Source: Plasmodiophora brassicae
Taxonomy: Eukaryota
Assembly (NCBI GenBank): GCA_036867785.1
Contig: CP145425.1
Location: 310,001-374,000 of the forward strand
DNA length: 64,000 nucleotides
Direction of reading: 5' to 3'
Shown here: in pieces, positions 12,325-27,714 of the stretch
Position numbering within the stretch: the first letter of the stretch is position 1
Layout of the letters: every line of letters starts with the position of its first letter
Program-made: the position numbers and the translations under genes
Notes under the pieces: model-generated
Databases searched by the model: none
What the model was told of the DNA's origin: nothing
The model's input: the letters and a program-made list of their open reading frames with translations, nothing else

Positions 12325-13348
12325 TTAGAACCACTGTAGGTCAGGCTTTGGCATCTTGAGTAGCATCGTGAGGTGATGCCCTAACGCGCTCTTGATACGA
12401 TGTACATCATTCCGGTGGGCCTGAATCAGAGCGCGCGTTTGTTCGTTATCGTCGTGGCTTTCGATGATGGACCGCTCCCACTCCTCGGCATAATGGAGCT
12501 TAGCGAGCAAGGCGCGCCTCCTCGGATGCAACAGGTACTTTTGAATCTCAGTGACCGCGTTGCCTGGGGGAGCGCTTGCAGCCGGGGGCTCACCGGCGCC
12601 GACGTCTGTGCCGTCCCAGAGCCAAATTGTGAAGCACAACCGTTCCGTTCGCGACGGAAGGACACGATGCAGACAGAACGGGGAGGAAAACATGACGCAC
12701 CGATTGAACACCGGTTCGATATCGACGGAGGCGTTCGGGAACGGGTACAGCCTCAGCTGACCACCGTCGCGACCCGCCTCGTAGCCCTCGTTTAGGTACA
12801 CGATTGCACTGCGAAACGCCCCACGGTCAGTGTCAGGACTGGCGTATGGACGACCCGCGTGTGTCAATCCCTGACGTGAGAAACCGGGTGTCGACGCCCT
12901 CGTGCGTATCGAAGTGCATTGGGAAGCAGGCGCCGCCTCCGAAGTTGATCTGGGCCTTCACGGTCTGCCGAACGACTTCGCGCCTGCCGCCCAGGCCGTA
13001 CCGGACCGCCTCCGCGAGGGTGGCGTCGGCAGCGAACCCAGACAGCACCGGCAGTTGCTGGGCGACCGTCGGCGACGCCAGGTCGAGTTCCGCAATGCCC
13101 CGTTTCGGGACGAGGACGCGGTCGCGATCCCGCACCAGGATCGTCGCGTTCGCGCTGAGCAGCGACGTCTGCTCGACGGCCGCCCGGATCATCTCCTGGC
13201 GCAGGGCGCGCGCCGTCTCCGCCGGCATCGCATTGTCCACGACCGCGTACCCATGCCGGCGCAGGCGCGCGAACGCCTCGCCGCCCACGTTCCACGCGAA
13301 CCGGACGGGCGCCGGCGCGCTGTGAACCCACCGTCGCGGCGCCCGCAT
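12325..13348 (-). CDS. 2OG-Fe(II) oxygenase (prolyl-4-hydroxylase/EGLN-like)
   Basis: FPMHFD (HxD), AIVYLN..GGQLRL and HRVLPS..RLCFTIW. One intron. Confidence 0.85.
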
Positions 13349-13765
13349 TCCGGCGGCGCACCCGTCTGGGCAACGCGTTGCATTCGATTCTGTATTCAGT
13401 TGGCGAACTGCAGCGGGCGGACAGCGCGGAACTGTTCGCTGCAGCAAGGAAAAGGTTACAGGGGCGTACGGTATGTTCTGTAGGTAGTTCTTGACCGTAG
13501 GTCGGCCTCCGCGCCGCACTGCAACACGACCACAGTGGCAGTGCCGTCGACCTCACCAATTTTAGACATGTGGAGCGGATTTGGCTCCCGCGGAGGACTC
13601 GGTCCGTCGGGGCGCCATTTGGACTCGGCAAGCGAGCGAGCCCGTTCTGAGCTGCACGTCACGCCGGGAGCGTTTGGCGTCGTAGGCTCGGTGCGTTGAT
13701 CAGCGTGCCGCCGCAGTGTGAGGGGGGGTGCGCGCCCGGAGTGTGACGGGCCAGTGGACGTGCCG

Positions 13766-14179
13766 ATGGTGGCGGCGGAGAAGGGCGGCGCTGTGCGCGC
13801 CGACCGCTGGAGCAAGCTGCTGCAGTTTGGCGTCAGCGCCGAGCACGTCGCCGGCTATGCGGCGTACTGCGAGATGCAGACGTCGACGAAGCTGGGCCGC
13901 CTGCTGACCAGCGACATGCCGACCCTGGAGGAGTTCATCGCCATGCGCGAATCGTACGCGAACGCGCGCTGCGACATGCTGCTCGAGCAGGCGCGCCGGA
14001 CGCCGCGCCGGCTCAGCGTCGACCGCGTGTTGCTCGTCGACGACGACCGACGGCCGCCCAGCGTCCGCAGCAAACTCTGCCGTATCATGGGCGTCAACGG
14101 CAACGACCTCAAGTACTACATCCGATTCGGCAAGGCCGTCCAGATCCTCGGCGACGCGCCAACGTTATCCGTCCAGTGA
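13766..14179 (+). CDS. hypothetical protein
   Basis: Intronless, GC3-rich ORF of about 137 aa. No recognised family. Confidence 0.6.
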   Translation: MVAAEKGGAVRADRWSKLLQFGVSAEHVAGYAAYCEMQTSTKLGRLLTSDMPTLEEFIAMRESYANARCDMLLEQARRTPRRLSVDRVLLVDDDRRPPSVRSKLCRIMGVNGNDLKYYIRFGKAVQILGDAPTLSVQ

Positions 14180-14620
14180 ACCTGGCGACCCATCCCGCTA
14201 TTATCGAAACACATTATACCCTGTTGTTGTTTGTCGTTTGGTATTGTACCCATCGTGCTGTATGCGTGTGTAGAGGTATTCGATGCACCTATTATTGGTC
14301 GTCAGTCATTTCGTGAGCGACTTGAACAGTGGACGCGGGATGCTGCTGCTGGGCAGATGCCGATGCGATTCGGGCAGGCAATGGCGTGCGTGCTGGAGCA
14401 GGACACGAAACGGTCGAGGGCGATGTATCGACTGCGTCCTGAGGCGTCAGGCACCCGTTCGGGTACCGCATGGCTTCTTCGGTGACATCCAAACCCTTCT
14501 TGATCACATTCAAGCGTTTCGATCGTGTCCCGATGGCGATTGCCTGTCTGTGCGACGACGCAGACACTGTCCCGAGGACAACAACGAAATGGTACACGTG
14601 GCACGTTTAGTGGTGACATG

Positions 14621-15714
14621 TCACCGTCTCGTCGTTGTCGCATACCCTGTCGCCCGTCGATGCGTCGTTGATGAGCTGCTGCTGTTGCCGCCGCCGCCGC
14701 CGCCGTCGCTGCTGTTGCTTGTCGCCGCGTGGGAGAACCCAGAGTGAGACGGTCGGCTGCCCCACCCTCCGAACCACCCAGGACTGTCGTAATGCGAGCT
14801 CGCATAGGTGCGCGCCCGATTGCGATTGCCAAACATGTAGCCGAGTACGCCACCAAGCCCCATGCCGGAGAAGAACCCCGGCCCGCTGGATCGTGACGAC
14901 GAAGACGTGGAATACGAAGGAGGAGTGTCGCAGGACGGTGCAGGGCGTTCGAACGCGCTGTACGGCGGCGGATCATGTGGTGGGTGACCGCCGCCCCAGC
15001 CGCCGCCATCACCGCTATGGCGTTCCCGACCGCGACCAGAGCAGCACGACGTCCAGATAAAGTATGCGACCAGGGCGAATACTGCCCATTGGATCAACGT
15101 CGCCGCCCAGGCGTCCTTCGACGTGTCGCGGCCATAGCGATCCGGCCGCCGGGTCGAATCCCCAGCCGACACGACCTAATGCGATCGTTCAGATACGCAA
15201 GATGACAGGCGAATGGAAATGTATACCTCATACGTTAGACCGCAGGATCCGGCCAGCACGAACGGGTCGTCTGGGTAGCTGTAACCTTCACAGGACACCT
15301 CGACGATTCCGAACCGATAGCTGGATGGCATATCCTATGGGAACCGTCAAACCGGGAACCCAGACCTGCTTTGCCTGCGTGAAGCGCATACCGCGTAACA
15401 TTCCCATTGGACATCTGCGCCAGTATATCAGCCGCTTAGTACCAAATGTATGTTTCGGCAGCGGTACCTGATCCATCCCAGCCGACGTTCCTGCACTGGA
15501 CGGTATCAGGCCGGTACTTACACGACCCGCGGCACGTCAGCTGCGGAATCGGCGATGCTCGCCGCCCCTTCGTCATCTTGGACGTATGGAACGTCAGCAC
15601 GGACACGTCGCGCAGGCGCACCTTGTCAGCGGCACCGGCGACGACCACCACCGCTGCGACCACCGCAGCGACAGACAGTGCAGCGACGACCTGCCAGCGA
15701 CACGTCATCATCAT
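14621..15714 (-). CDS. SARAF: SARAF/TMEM66 (DUF1183) family protein, spliced
   Basis: Signal peptide, DKVRLRDVSVLTF..MTKGRRASPIPQLTC..PDTVQCRNVGWDG, a TM segment, PPPY, GPGFFSGMGLGGVLGYMFG and terminal TGYATTTRR*. Confidence 0.9.
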
Positions 15715-15929
15715 CACGAAGATAGAAGCGATGGGTGCGGCCAGCAAAGCGCGGGGCTCGGTCCCGGGCGCGTTTTTGCTCTCGGGTCACGCGTTCGATC
15801 ACGCCGATGCCGTCTGGACGCCCATTTGTGTTGTTTTGCCGGCCGTGATCCGCATCGCTCCCGTTGAGTTTAGCGGGACCGGTCTGGAAGGGTACCCCCG
15901 AACCGGTTGGTAAGACTATACGAGACACC

Positions 15930-17478
15930 ATGGTGTCGTCTTTAGTAGCCAGTGTTCTGCGGCTGTTTGCCAACGTGGTTTGTGCCGCGCCTGTGTTATG
16001 GACATCGGTCGGCGTGTACCGGTACCGGGCGCATCGGGTGATCAGCTGGCGCGGCGTTCGTAGCGTGCTATGGCGCAACGCGCTTCTGGTCCTGTGGATC
16101 ACGACGTCGGTTTGGGGCGCTGCTCTCCCTGATGGTGCAGTATGCTGGTTCCGGATCGCGAATGTTGTCGTGCTTTGGTCGCTGCTGGCCAGCATTTCCT
16201 GCCATATCTGGTACGCGTTCGTGTCCTGGTGCAGTATCTCGACGGTCCTCAGCGATAACGCCGTATCGATCATGAGCAAACCCGGCTTCCTGCTACGGTA
16301 TCGACGTGCGCTGACCTCGACACCTGCAATGTCGATTCTATTCACTGCCGTCGTTGCCCTCGGTTCCACCAAACCCATCGTCGACCTGGCCGTCCATGGC
16401 GCAGCACCAAGGTACACGCGGTGCATTGGTCGACGGTACGCGACGCACACTAAGTCAGTACCGCAGCAACGATACGTCGTTTTCATGGATGATGCGGTGC
16501 CCAGGGGCGCCAGGGCTCGTCACGTCCGCTGCAACAGGTATCATTGGGGTCTGGCAAGCGGTTCTGGTGTTCTTCCTTCGCAACGTCAGCGATTCGTATG
16601 GCGTGCGGAACGAGGTCCTGTCCATGGCGGTGGTCATGTTCCTAACTGCGATCACCATCGTCGCTGTGCCGTTCGTGAATTCCCTCACGGCACAATCCGT
16701 GACGTACCTTATGCTGATTCTCTTCATTACCGTGATGTTACTGTACTCGTCGCAATGGATCCCCTTGCGGATTGCCCTGGCGGCCCAGACAAAAGTCGTC
16801 TCCGCCGACGAACTGTCATCGCGAATATCGACGCAGACGGCCGGTGGCATGGTTACGAACCCGGTCACTGTGACGTTCTCTAATAAGCGCCTGACGCGTA
16901 AGAGCAAGCTGTTCGATGTCCTGAACAGCGACGAAGGCCTGTCCGTTTTGTTCAAGTTCTGCCTGTCCGAATTCTCGGTGGAGAATGTCACGTACCTGTC
17001 GTCCAGCATTGCCCTTTGCACAAAGTACGGCCTAACGGATATCATCCGACGCGCGCGACTCGGAAAGGTACGAACTTGACGTCGCCGTGGCAGAAGAACC
17101 GGCTACCTAACTTGGTTTCGATAGCGAAACCAAGTTGCTGATGCCCTGAACCCTGAACGGCACAAAGAATACGTTGCCGACTGCCAACAGATTGTCAATG
17201 CACATCTCACTGAGTCGTCCCACCTGTACGACATATCGTCGGGGAGATCCCCAAACGCGGCCCACTGACAACCATTTTCCAGGCAAGTGAACCTACCGAC
17301 GGAACTGACTCAGGCGGTGGCCGCATTCCTCGCAACGGAAGGTTCACCGGTCGGCGAACGCGCTCTACAAGGCGCTGCACTGCATAGGCGCGTCGATGAC
17401 GCTGTATACGACCTCGTAGAACGCGACACCTTCGTTCGGTTTACGAACAGCGAATTATTCCGCGCCCTCGTTACGTGA
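15930..17478 (+). CDS. multi-pass membrane protein with C-terminal RGS domain (7TM-RGS-like), spliced
   Basis: Several TM segments followed by LFDVLNSDEG..FKFCLSEFSVENVTYL, VNLP and AVYDLVERDTFVRFTNSELF. Confidence 0.8.
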
Positions 17479-18162
17479 CGAACCGTCGAGATCATAAACA
17501 TACGGCCGTGATGCACTGCTGCCTCTGTATAAACGGCACCCGGCAATAATACGTCGGCGGGCTATGCTAGCCGCTGACATTTCTGGACTCAATGAGGTCG
17601 ACAGCCAGAGCTGGGCCGGGCCGTCCTGGACGACCCCCTCCCCCGACCCCGCTGGAGGCACAGACGCATATCGACTGATACACGGTCATCATGGAGAGCT
17701 TCGCCCGGGCCCTGCAGGCCAACGCAACACTGCCAACCGCCCTGCTACACGACCTGCCCTACTCTCCGACACCTTCTGATACGCTAACGATAATCCTGCA
17801 ATGACGTGTTCGTACTGACTCACCACACAATGGCGCCGACGGCGTCGACTGGGCGGAAACCAGCGTTATACGCAGGAAGAAGTGATACGATATTCGGACG
17901 AACGCTTTCAAGAATAAGAACAACCATCCTGAACCGATCACGCCGCGATGTGGGCTCGGTGAAATTCGGCGCGGACCAGCTTAGTTAAACGGGCTGAGAG
18001 GTTCCGGGGGTTCCTGATACTCCGGCCTATCACAAATCACGAGACGGCCAAACCTTGAAGAATCGTTGCCCGGCAGCGTGACGTTGTAGGCCCGAGCCGG
18101 ACCCGGAGTTTGCGCGGGACGGAAGGGCGACCCTATGCGCTTGCCGTGACCGGTACCTGTGA

Positions 18163-19680
<1,518 letters not shown>

Positions 19681-19796
19681 ACTTGCCACCGCCGCTGATG
19701 GCGCCTCGTCAATGATACATGTCTTCGGATCACAAATACCGCTGGATAGTTGTTCGGCGTCACATTTTATTAGGTCGACAGAACTATAGTGCCCGT

Positions 19797-21110
19797 TCAG
19801 TGTGGCGCTGTGGATAACGCGCTGGCAGTATTGCCTGCTAAGAGCGTCGTCGCCTGCAAAGGCACCTCCTGCCTAGGATTCGCCTGCGCGGGCGGTTTCT
19901 GGGACGCGATGTCGTTGGGAACGCGTGTGATGTCGACCATGAGGTCGTGCCGGATATTCGACCCACACGTCTTATCGTCGCCAGATGCCGGCCCCGGCGT
20001 TTCGCTTGTGCAGACGAGATTGCGGCAGAAGAACTCGATGCGGAAGTCGGCGGGGAACTCCCGACCGCATTCCATCCGACCCTCGTTGAGATGGTAGACG
20101 CTCTGGAACGCGCTGAAGCGGACAGTGCTGACGGCGGACTGCCTGCTGCACATCCCCTGGAACACGTTCACGCGGTCCTTGCTGGCCGTGATCCAACTGT
20201 AGATCACAGCGATCGCGTCCGACGCCGAAATAACGTTCTGCAGGTTGGCGGGCCCGAGCCAGAGCAGGATGAGGCAGAACTCCGTCAGCATCATACGCGG
20301 TGCCCAGCTGAGCGTCCGATCGTGGACGGTGAACCCGGCGCCCGACAACCAGAACAACTTCTGCAGCATGGCGACGTCCAGGCCCCATGCGGTCTCCGGC
20401 GATCCCGACTTCTGCATCGTCAGGATCAGCTTGGCGAACTCGTTGAAATCGGCGCTGTGCTTGTGCGGGCCAAGGATCGTGACCCAGTTCCGGACGCCGA
20501 TCGTGATCCAGTGACGGTAGTATCCCTGATTCCGGGACGTCGACGCCGACGACATCGACGGGCGAAGGAAATGGTTCTCCTTCAGGTCGCCGATGACCTG
20601 CTGGACAGTGAAACGCACAGCCTGCACGAGATCTCGTCTTCGAAGCCCGCCTTTCAAATCGGCATTGTGGTCCGCCTCCGTCTGGACACCGCATCAGTCA
20701 ACCGAGCCGTCCAGTGGCACAGATGGCAATACCGACCCGATCGTTTGATACAGCGGCACCGCCACCCGTTGACGGTTCCGCATGCGATACTGCCGGCATG
20801 TGCATTGCAGGCATCGTGTTGCCGCCCGTAGTGTCGTCATCGTCGTCGTCGTCATCGTCGCCGTCGCCGTCGACGTCGTCGAAATGATCTGTTTGCCCTA
20901 CGGGTACCGGGACAATCGCGGCAGGAAGGCCAGACTCCAGCGACGATGCATGACGACCGTCTGGTACGGGTGGCGGATTCAACCGTCGGCGCTTGTCGAC
21001 AGATGCAAAGCCTGACGGACTGTGTCCATCTGCAACAGCTACGACGAGCGGTTATTCGTTTAGCGATCGCAGGAAGCCGGCGGTCGGCATCACCTTCATG
21101 ATCTCCCAAT
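19797..21110 (-). CDS. hypothetical protein, probably spliced
   Basis: 286-codon open frame at 19797-20657 with coding-like composition, plus an upstream acidic exon (20698-20982). The 5' end is uncertain. Confidence 0.55.
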
Positions 21111-21636
21111 GGCGCTGTCATTCCGAGATGCTGCTGATATACAATCTCGTTAGACCGCACGATCGCGTTGGCGTTCTGTGCGGACGGCGACGCCGACGAC
21201 GGTACGATTTGGCGGTCGATGCGGTTCTGTACGCAGCCGCACCATTAGTCGCCGATGGCGTCTGTTCGGGTCAAAACCCATTCCTACGGCGTCAAACGGC
21301 AGGCCGTTCGTCCCTCTGCGGGACGACGACGCGACGAACGCGCCGCCGATGCCCGACGCGCTCATGGTGCGGTACGGCGGTAAATACCCGCGCGTCGTGC
21401 GTGCCACAGCGCTCCGACGGGGAGGTCCAGGGCTAACGCGGGATACCGCACGGACCCCGAGACCTGCGCTATTTTAAGCACCCGCGGCTGGGCCGCGCAG
21501 CCACGTCCGGACGCGGGCGCGCGTACGTCGGCACGCGTACCTGGTCGCTTGCCGAACATAACGGAGGCAGCACCATAGTATATATATAGACGGGTTGGTC
21601 GTCGTTGTTCGCCCATTTGGGGATGGTGCAGGCTGG

Positions 21637-23612
21637 TCATGTTTGTTCTCTCATCAGACGCTGCAGGGTTTCACTGACGAGCGGCGTGCTTAGGCAGCCG
21701 GGGCCGTTGTACTTGGCGATCACGTCGCCGACGAGGCAGTTGAGCTTGCGGTACTTGTTCTTATGGAGGATGGCGTGAACCTGCAGACGGTGGAGATCAG
21801 GGTCGAACTTCAACGGGGATATTCGTGGTACCTCTCGGGGATGCGCCTTGATGGCATCGAGGCAGAGCGGTTCGATGATTGAAACATCGGTAACCTGTTC
21901 CCATCCGTGATCGCGAATGATATCAAGGACGGGACGATTGTCGCCGTCCGTCATCAGATCGAGAACGGCCTTGCCTGAACGGCCTGTCCAGACAGTCGCG
22001 AGGTTAGCGTCGACGCGCCACATCCACGGATCACGTCGCACCGGTTATCACGCCCGACGTGATGGCATCAGTCAGGGAACGAAGCCGTTCTGGATTCACG
22101 TTGCAGTCGTCGATGTCCAATCCTTTGGCATTCAGTCGGCCGAAGAGCTCCGTTGTCAACCAGTTGGCATGGACGGCTGCAGTCTCTGGCGTCAATGGGC
22201 ACGACGACGGTGCTTGAAGCATTGACTCGAAGTACGCCGTGATCGCATTCCTGGAGCCAACAATTTCAGCAGCCTGCGAAACCAAACGTTGTCAGACTTC
22301 GAACGGTAGTCCAAGCGCGTGCCTACTTTCAGCGAAATCCCGTATTGCGTCTGCAGCCGGGCGACCAGGACATCAGGCATTTCGGGCATGGATCCGCGAA
22401 TACCGTCGACAAACGATTGGTCTAGCCTCAGCAAAGGCAAGTCTGGTCGCAGGATCAATATCCGCAACGGGAACGTAAACCCAAATCGACATCCGTACCG
22501 GGGTCGGGGAACATCCTGTAATCGGCAAGCTGCTCCTTTGATCGCAGGCGGCTAGTTGATCCTGACACAGCATCGAACGACCTCGTTTCTCGCTCCACAG
22601 GACGTCCTGCCGGCGCTACCCGTTATGGCGAAGGGCAACGACGTGTGGCTGAATCGCTGACCTTGTTCGAAGGATGCGATTTGACGCTTCGTTTCGAAGG
22701 CGATGGCGTTCTCAACGGCTCGAATACTGTTCAGGTTCTTGACCTCAATGCGCTCTCCATCAATCTTCGCCGACTGGTCATGAACAGACACGTTCACGTC
22801 GCACCGCATGGAACCGCTTGCCATGATGCCATCACAGACGTCTGCAGAGAGGGGTCGATGAGAGATACCTTGAGGGTGCCACAAGACAATGTCCTCACCA
22901 AGCCGGGAAAGAATTTGCTGCAATTTCTTCAGGAACGACCCGGCTTGCTCGCCTGTCGTCATGTCTGGTTTTGTAACTATCTCGATTAACGCCATCCCTA
23001 GTGCCATTGTCAGATGAAAGGGATACGATGACGGGAACAACCGCGTCCATACCGGCACGGTTAAGGTCGACGTAACTGAACGACTCGTCAATGTCGTTGA
23101 TGGATTTCCCCGAGTCCTGTATACACGTTAGTGAAGGTTGCCGGGCAAACGTTTCTCACCAGGACCTGCTCGAGCTGTATACGGTCGATGCCAACAGTGA
23201 GGTTATGGTCAGGAAGGAAGACCAGTCCGCCGCTTATAATCGGGTCATCCTGCTGCGTGATCTGGTACCCCAGCGGCAAATCGCAGTAGAAATAGTGTTT
23301 GCGAACGAATCGGCTGGTCAAATTCACCGCCCCTCCAAACGCTGTGTCCGGACACACGTCACGATATGCCATTTACGCGGGCCAAATGGCTGTGCACGAA
23401 CCGATGCCCGCGCGAACTGCCAGGCGAACCGGTTCGGCGTTCAGACGCGGTAAGGTCCCCGGGATGGCCGCATCGAACAACGTGCAGTGCGTGTTGGGTG
23501 CAGCACCCAGTGGGCCCACGAAGCTGCCGGAGAACAGCTTCCGGGCGCACTGCAGCTGCGCATGCACCTCCAGGCCGATCTTCGCCTGCCAACGACCGCC
23601 AGCGCCGCCCAT
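21637..23612 (-). CDS. GATB: Glu-tRNA(Gln) amidotransferase subunit B (mitochondrial GatB/PET112), multi-exon
   Basis: [59 protein letters not shown] and EVKNLNS. Confidence 0.95.
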
Positions 23613-24203
23613 TGCCCGGCTACGCAGTTCCCTCGATGCAGCACAACCTATCTATGTACAGTGGTACGACAACACGCCAACAGCGCTGTCGTTGACGCAG
23701 GGTTCACGTGTTTTATTTCCTCGTTGTCTATCGCGTCAGGTGGCACATATCACGCTGATGCCTGTATTGCAAGGCATGCGACGTCCGAACAGACAGCGGA
23801 AGCGCTCGTGCGGGGAAAACCGTTCAAATCGAACGAGGCCGAGCAGTTTACGGCAAAGACCTCTGTAGATGGGACTGTTTAATGAGGAGGATGGAATGCT
23901 ATCGTATTCCGACCACCGTATGCCACACGGCGACGTGTGCCCACAGGGGTAGGCATAGGTCTGGCGTTCAGGCGACGTTCCAGCGAGGCGACGATTCATC
24001 ACTCTGATGAAGTGAAGGTTTGAGCGGCGGGCAAACTTTTTTTGTGGAGCAGTCGGCAGTCGCACTGGAGGAGCAGCCAGAGAGCGGCACTTCACTGGGC
24101 TTCGGGTTGGCTGTTCCACACGGCAGATGCATCGATCTGTAGGCGCTCAGTAGGCCGGTGTCATTACCCAGCGGCGTCCCAGGTGGGCGGAGCGGTACCA
24201 CAG

Positions 24204-26517
24204 ATGGCGCTGGACGACCACGGTGCCGGCGTCGTCCTGGAGGAGGCGGACGGGTCGTTCGTCGTCCGGGCCGCCCAGTCGAACGGCAGCGACCTGCTGG
24301 ATCGGTTGCGCGACGGCGGCGTTGACGCATGGACCGTTATCCAACACCTGGCCTACACGAGGTACATGCGTCGTTTCGCTCGGATGATCTCGGTCTCATT
24401 CAGTGTTGGCCGCAGTCACGGTGGCGTTCGCGATTATTTAATCAACCAAATGTATGAAATGAAACCCGAAGATATCGACTTCTTTCTGCCTCAGCTATGG
24501 TACTGATGGTTGACCTGTATCAACTGTATTGCTGACCGCTGCTTGCCATCGCAGCTGTTTCCTCGTGACATGGCCCGAATCCGATCGCGAATCGCTGGAA
24601 CAATTCATGCTGTTTAAATGCAGCAAATCGCTGCACTGCGCCATGAAGATGTTCTGGTTGCTGCAGGCGATGGCTCCGTACTGCACGAGCGGGGAACAGC
24701 GAACGCGGTGTATGACGCTGGCGACGCACTGTGAGACCGTCGTCATCAACAGCTGTCAGCCCAAGTTCCTCGGGCTCGATCCCCGGCATCTTCCCACAAC
24801 GAAGGCGAAGGCGGCAAAGAAAACGACCAAGGTCGACGACCTGCTGGCGAGGAGCGCATCGCTCCTCCAACGGATTGCTGTCGTGCAGCAGCGTCTTGGC
24901 ATTGCGCCCGCATCGCCGTCCAGTTACTCGCGAACCACCATGGTGCGATCGCATTCACTGGACTCGTTTATGGCGCTTGACCCTGCGAACGCCGTCCCGC
25001 CACTGTCCCTCGTTTCGCCTGACGACGAGCGCATTCGACGAACGTCGTCGAGTGGGTCGTCCACGAAACGGTTCTGGACGGAAGACGAAAGAGAGCTCGC
25101 GGCTGGGTCGTCGTTCGCCGCCCATCGGCACAGTCTGGTTGGGCTATCCCCTACCAGCCTCGGCGCCAGCATCCGCGACTTCGACATCTTTCTGGCCAAG
25201 CAGCAGATGAGCGAATTCTTCACCGCCGAACTCCACCTGATCGCCGAATTGCAGGAGATCTCGAACGACCTGCTGCGCTTCGAAGGCATCCATCGGAAGT
25301 TGCAGCTGCAGCGCCTGGTCACGATGCTGAACGAACGGGCCTGCCGAGGGCTGTACTTTCCGACGGGCCAGGCCACCGACCGCCACTACGTGATCCTTCG
25401 GATCCTGGCGCAGGAGGTTACGCCGCTATCGTCCCGCGAAAAGGTCCCGTTCCTGATGCCGGTCGAGATCATGTACACCGGGCACGACTGCTCCGAAGAC
25501 GTCCACAAGGAGTACTTCGTCGACCATGAGTCGTGCAGGCGGTACCTGCTCAACCTGATGGAGCAGAACAACAACGCGGACTACCCGTTGTCCCCTCAAG
25601 GCCAACAGAGTACGCCGTCGTTGTCGGCCAACTCGAAGTGCGGCCTGCCCTTTGGGGAGCTACTCGACGATCGCAAACGGCGGATCCGAGCGTCGTCTCC
25701 GTTCGGCAGGCTCCGCAACTGGGACCTGATGTTGATGATCTTCAAGAGCGGCGACGACTGCCGGCAAGAGCACCTGGCCATGCAGATGATCACCTACGTC
25801 GACGGCTTGTTCCGGTGCGCGCGCCTCCCGCTGCGGCTGCACCCGCTGGAGATACTCATCACGTCCCCGACATCCGGCTTTATCGAATGTGTGCCCGATT
25901 CGCGATCGATCGATTCGCTGAAGAAGTCGGTCCCCGGGTTCCAGTCCCTGCTCTGGTTCTTCGAGGAGCACTTCGGCCCTCGCGGTTCGGACACGTTTCG
26001 CGCCGCCCAGAAGAATTTCGTGGAGAGCCTGGCAGCGTATTCTCTAGTCTGCTACCTGCTCCAGATCAAGGACCGGCACAACGGGAACATCCTGTTGACG
26101 AACGACGGGTCCATCGTCCATATCGATTTCGGGTTCATGCTGTCCAACAGTCCAGGCGGGAACATGAACTTCGAGCGCGCGCCGTTCAAGCTGACGGCAG
26201 AGTACGTCGAGGTGATGGAGGGCGAAGACAGCGAGGCGTTCCGATACTTCCGCCTGCTAATGATTCGCGGGTTCCTCGAACTCCGCCAACACTGCGACAG
26301 GCTCGTCGCCCTGGCCGAAATCCTGTTTATGGGCCCGCCCAACGACTGCTTCTACGGCGGCAGGCAGTGCCTCGTCGATTTCCGCAACCGGTTCCACGCC
26401 ACCGACTCTGAACAGATCGTCGTCGAGTTCGTCTACTCGCTCGTCAGCCAGAGCATTAACAACTGGCGGTCCGTCCAATACGATACCTACCAGAGAATCA
26501 CGAACGGCATCCTCTGA
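24204..26517 (+). CDS. PI4KB: phosphatidylinositol 4-kinase, type III beta (PIK1-like)
   Basis: IDFFLPQL, LSSREKVPF, KSGDDCRQE, IKDRHNGNIL, HIDFGF, FERAPFKL and terminal YDTYQRITNGIL*. Confidence 0.95.
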
Positions 26518-26663
26518 ACGCCTCTCCCTATATAATACATAAGTATGTTAGACTGGTATAGACTGCATCACGGTCGCACGGCGCGGGGTCACCGTGCAGC
26601 CACGCAGATTCAGGTGCAGCTCCCAGTGCCGCAGTTTGTTTTTCGGCGCAGATCGGAACGCCA

Positions 26664-27689
26664 ATGGCGGCAAGCGCCAGCAGGAACAGCGGCCTGGCGA
26701 CGTGCGCCGGCGCGTTCTTCAACCCGGGCCGATGCGAGCGGCAGGTGTCGGCAAACGCGCGCGTCTGTGCGCACTGCCACAGCTTCGAGGTGCCGCGCGC
26801 GCGGATCATGCGCTGCCGACGCTGCCGACAGACGCCGTTCTCGGCGCGCAAGCGCCTGATCCGCGTCGACGACCTCACCCTGAATCTGCGGTTCTTCTCC
26901 ATGGGCGAGGACGGCCTCGTCGTGTTCGAGGACGACTCCCAGGCGCGGACCGCACTGGACACCTGGCCGCGCGAACTGGAACCACTGGACAATGACCACG
27001 ACGCCGTGCAATTCGTCAAATGCCACTGGTGCCGGCGCAAAGTCCACCCGTCGTTACTGTCGTCCTGCACGAAACCGTCCTGTGAGAAACTGGCGACCGC
27101 TGCCTCCGTATCCGCCACGACGAAATCCAAGAAACGTTCGCTGAGGCGAACGTCGGACCGCGGCGAGGACAGCGTTCCCGATGACGAGAAACGGCGAAGG
27201 CAATGGCGGATCTGTAAGCCACCGGTTCGCATCCACATCGGCTTGCAATGCGCTGACGACGTGTGTGCAGGTCCCGAGCAGTGCAGCGTGAACCCGTTCG
27301 GCGAAACCGTACGTGCAGTGATTCAGAGCCCCGAAGAGCTCGACGCGGACACGGTCGGCGTTACGTTTGGCGGCCGGCATCTTCGACGAGACGTCGACTT
27401 CTTCTGTGGGCTTCGCGAGATCGTGATCCCGAACGTGCCCCGCCCGGCGGAACTGGTGGGCGACCGGACGGCGGTGCAGGTCGACGTTCTGGACGGGAAC
27501 CAGAACGTGTCGGGCAGCGTCCTGTTCACGTTCTGCCGCGGGTCGGATCTCGACGAGCAGATCCAGCGCTTGCTGCAGATTGACCTGCACGACGGCTCCC
27601 GACTGCTGGACGACACGATCGACCAGTTCAACGCGCTGTCGCCGCTGTTCCCCGACGACGACGTCGACCTGCGGCCGCCCCAGCAATAG
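26664..27689 (+). CDS. hypothetical protein with CxxC clusters and a possible IPT/TIG-like C-terminal domain
   Basis: CAHC, CRRC and CHWC motifs, basic NLS-like KKRS/KRRR, and beta-rich VTFGG..VQVDVLDG..LFTF. The domain call is inference. Confidence 0.55.
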   Translation: MAASASRNSGLATCAGAFFNPGRCERQVSANARVCAHCHSFEVPRARIMRCRRCRQTPFSARKRLIRVDDLTLNLRFFSMGEDGLVVFEDDSQARTALDTWPRELEPLDNDHDAVQFVKCHWCRRKVHPSLLSSCTKPSCEKLATAASVSATTKSKKRSLRRTSDRGEDSVPDDEKRRRQWRICKPPVRIHIGLQCADDVCAGPEQCSVNPFGETVRAVIQSPEELDADTVGVTFGGRHLRRDVDFFCGLREIVIPNVPRPAELVGDRTAVQVDVLDGNQNVSGSVLFTFCRGSDLDEQIQRLLQIDLHDGSRLLDDTIDQFNALSPLFPDDDVDLRPPQQ

Positions 27690-27714
27690 AGCAAGCCAGA
27701 CAGCCTCTTGTGTA

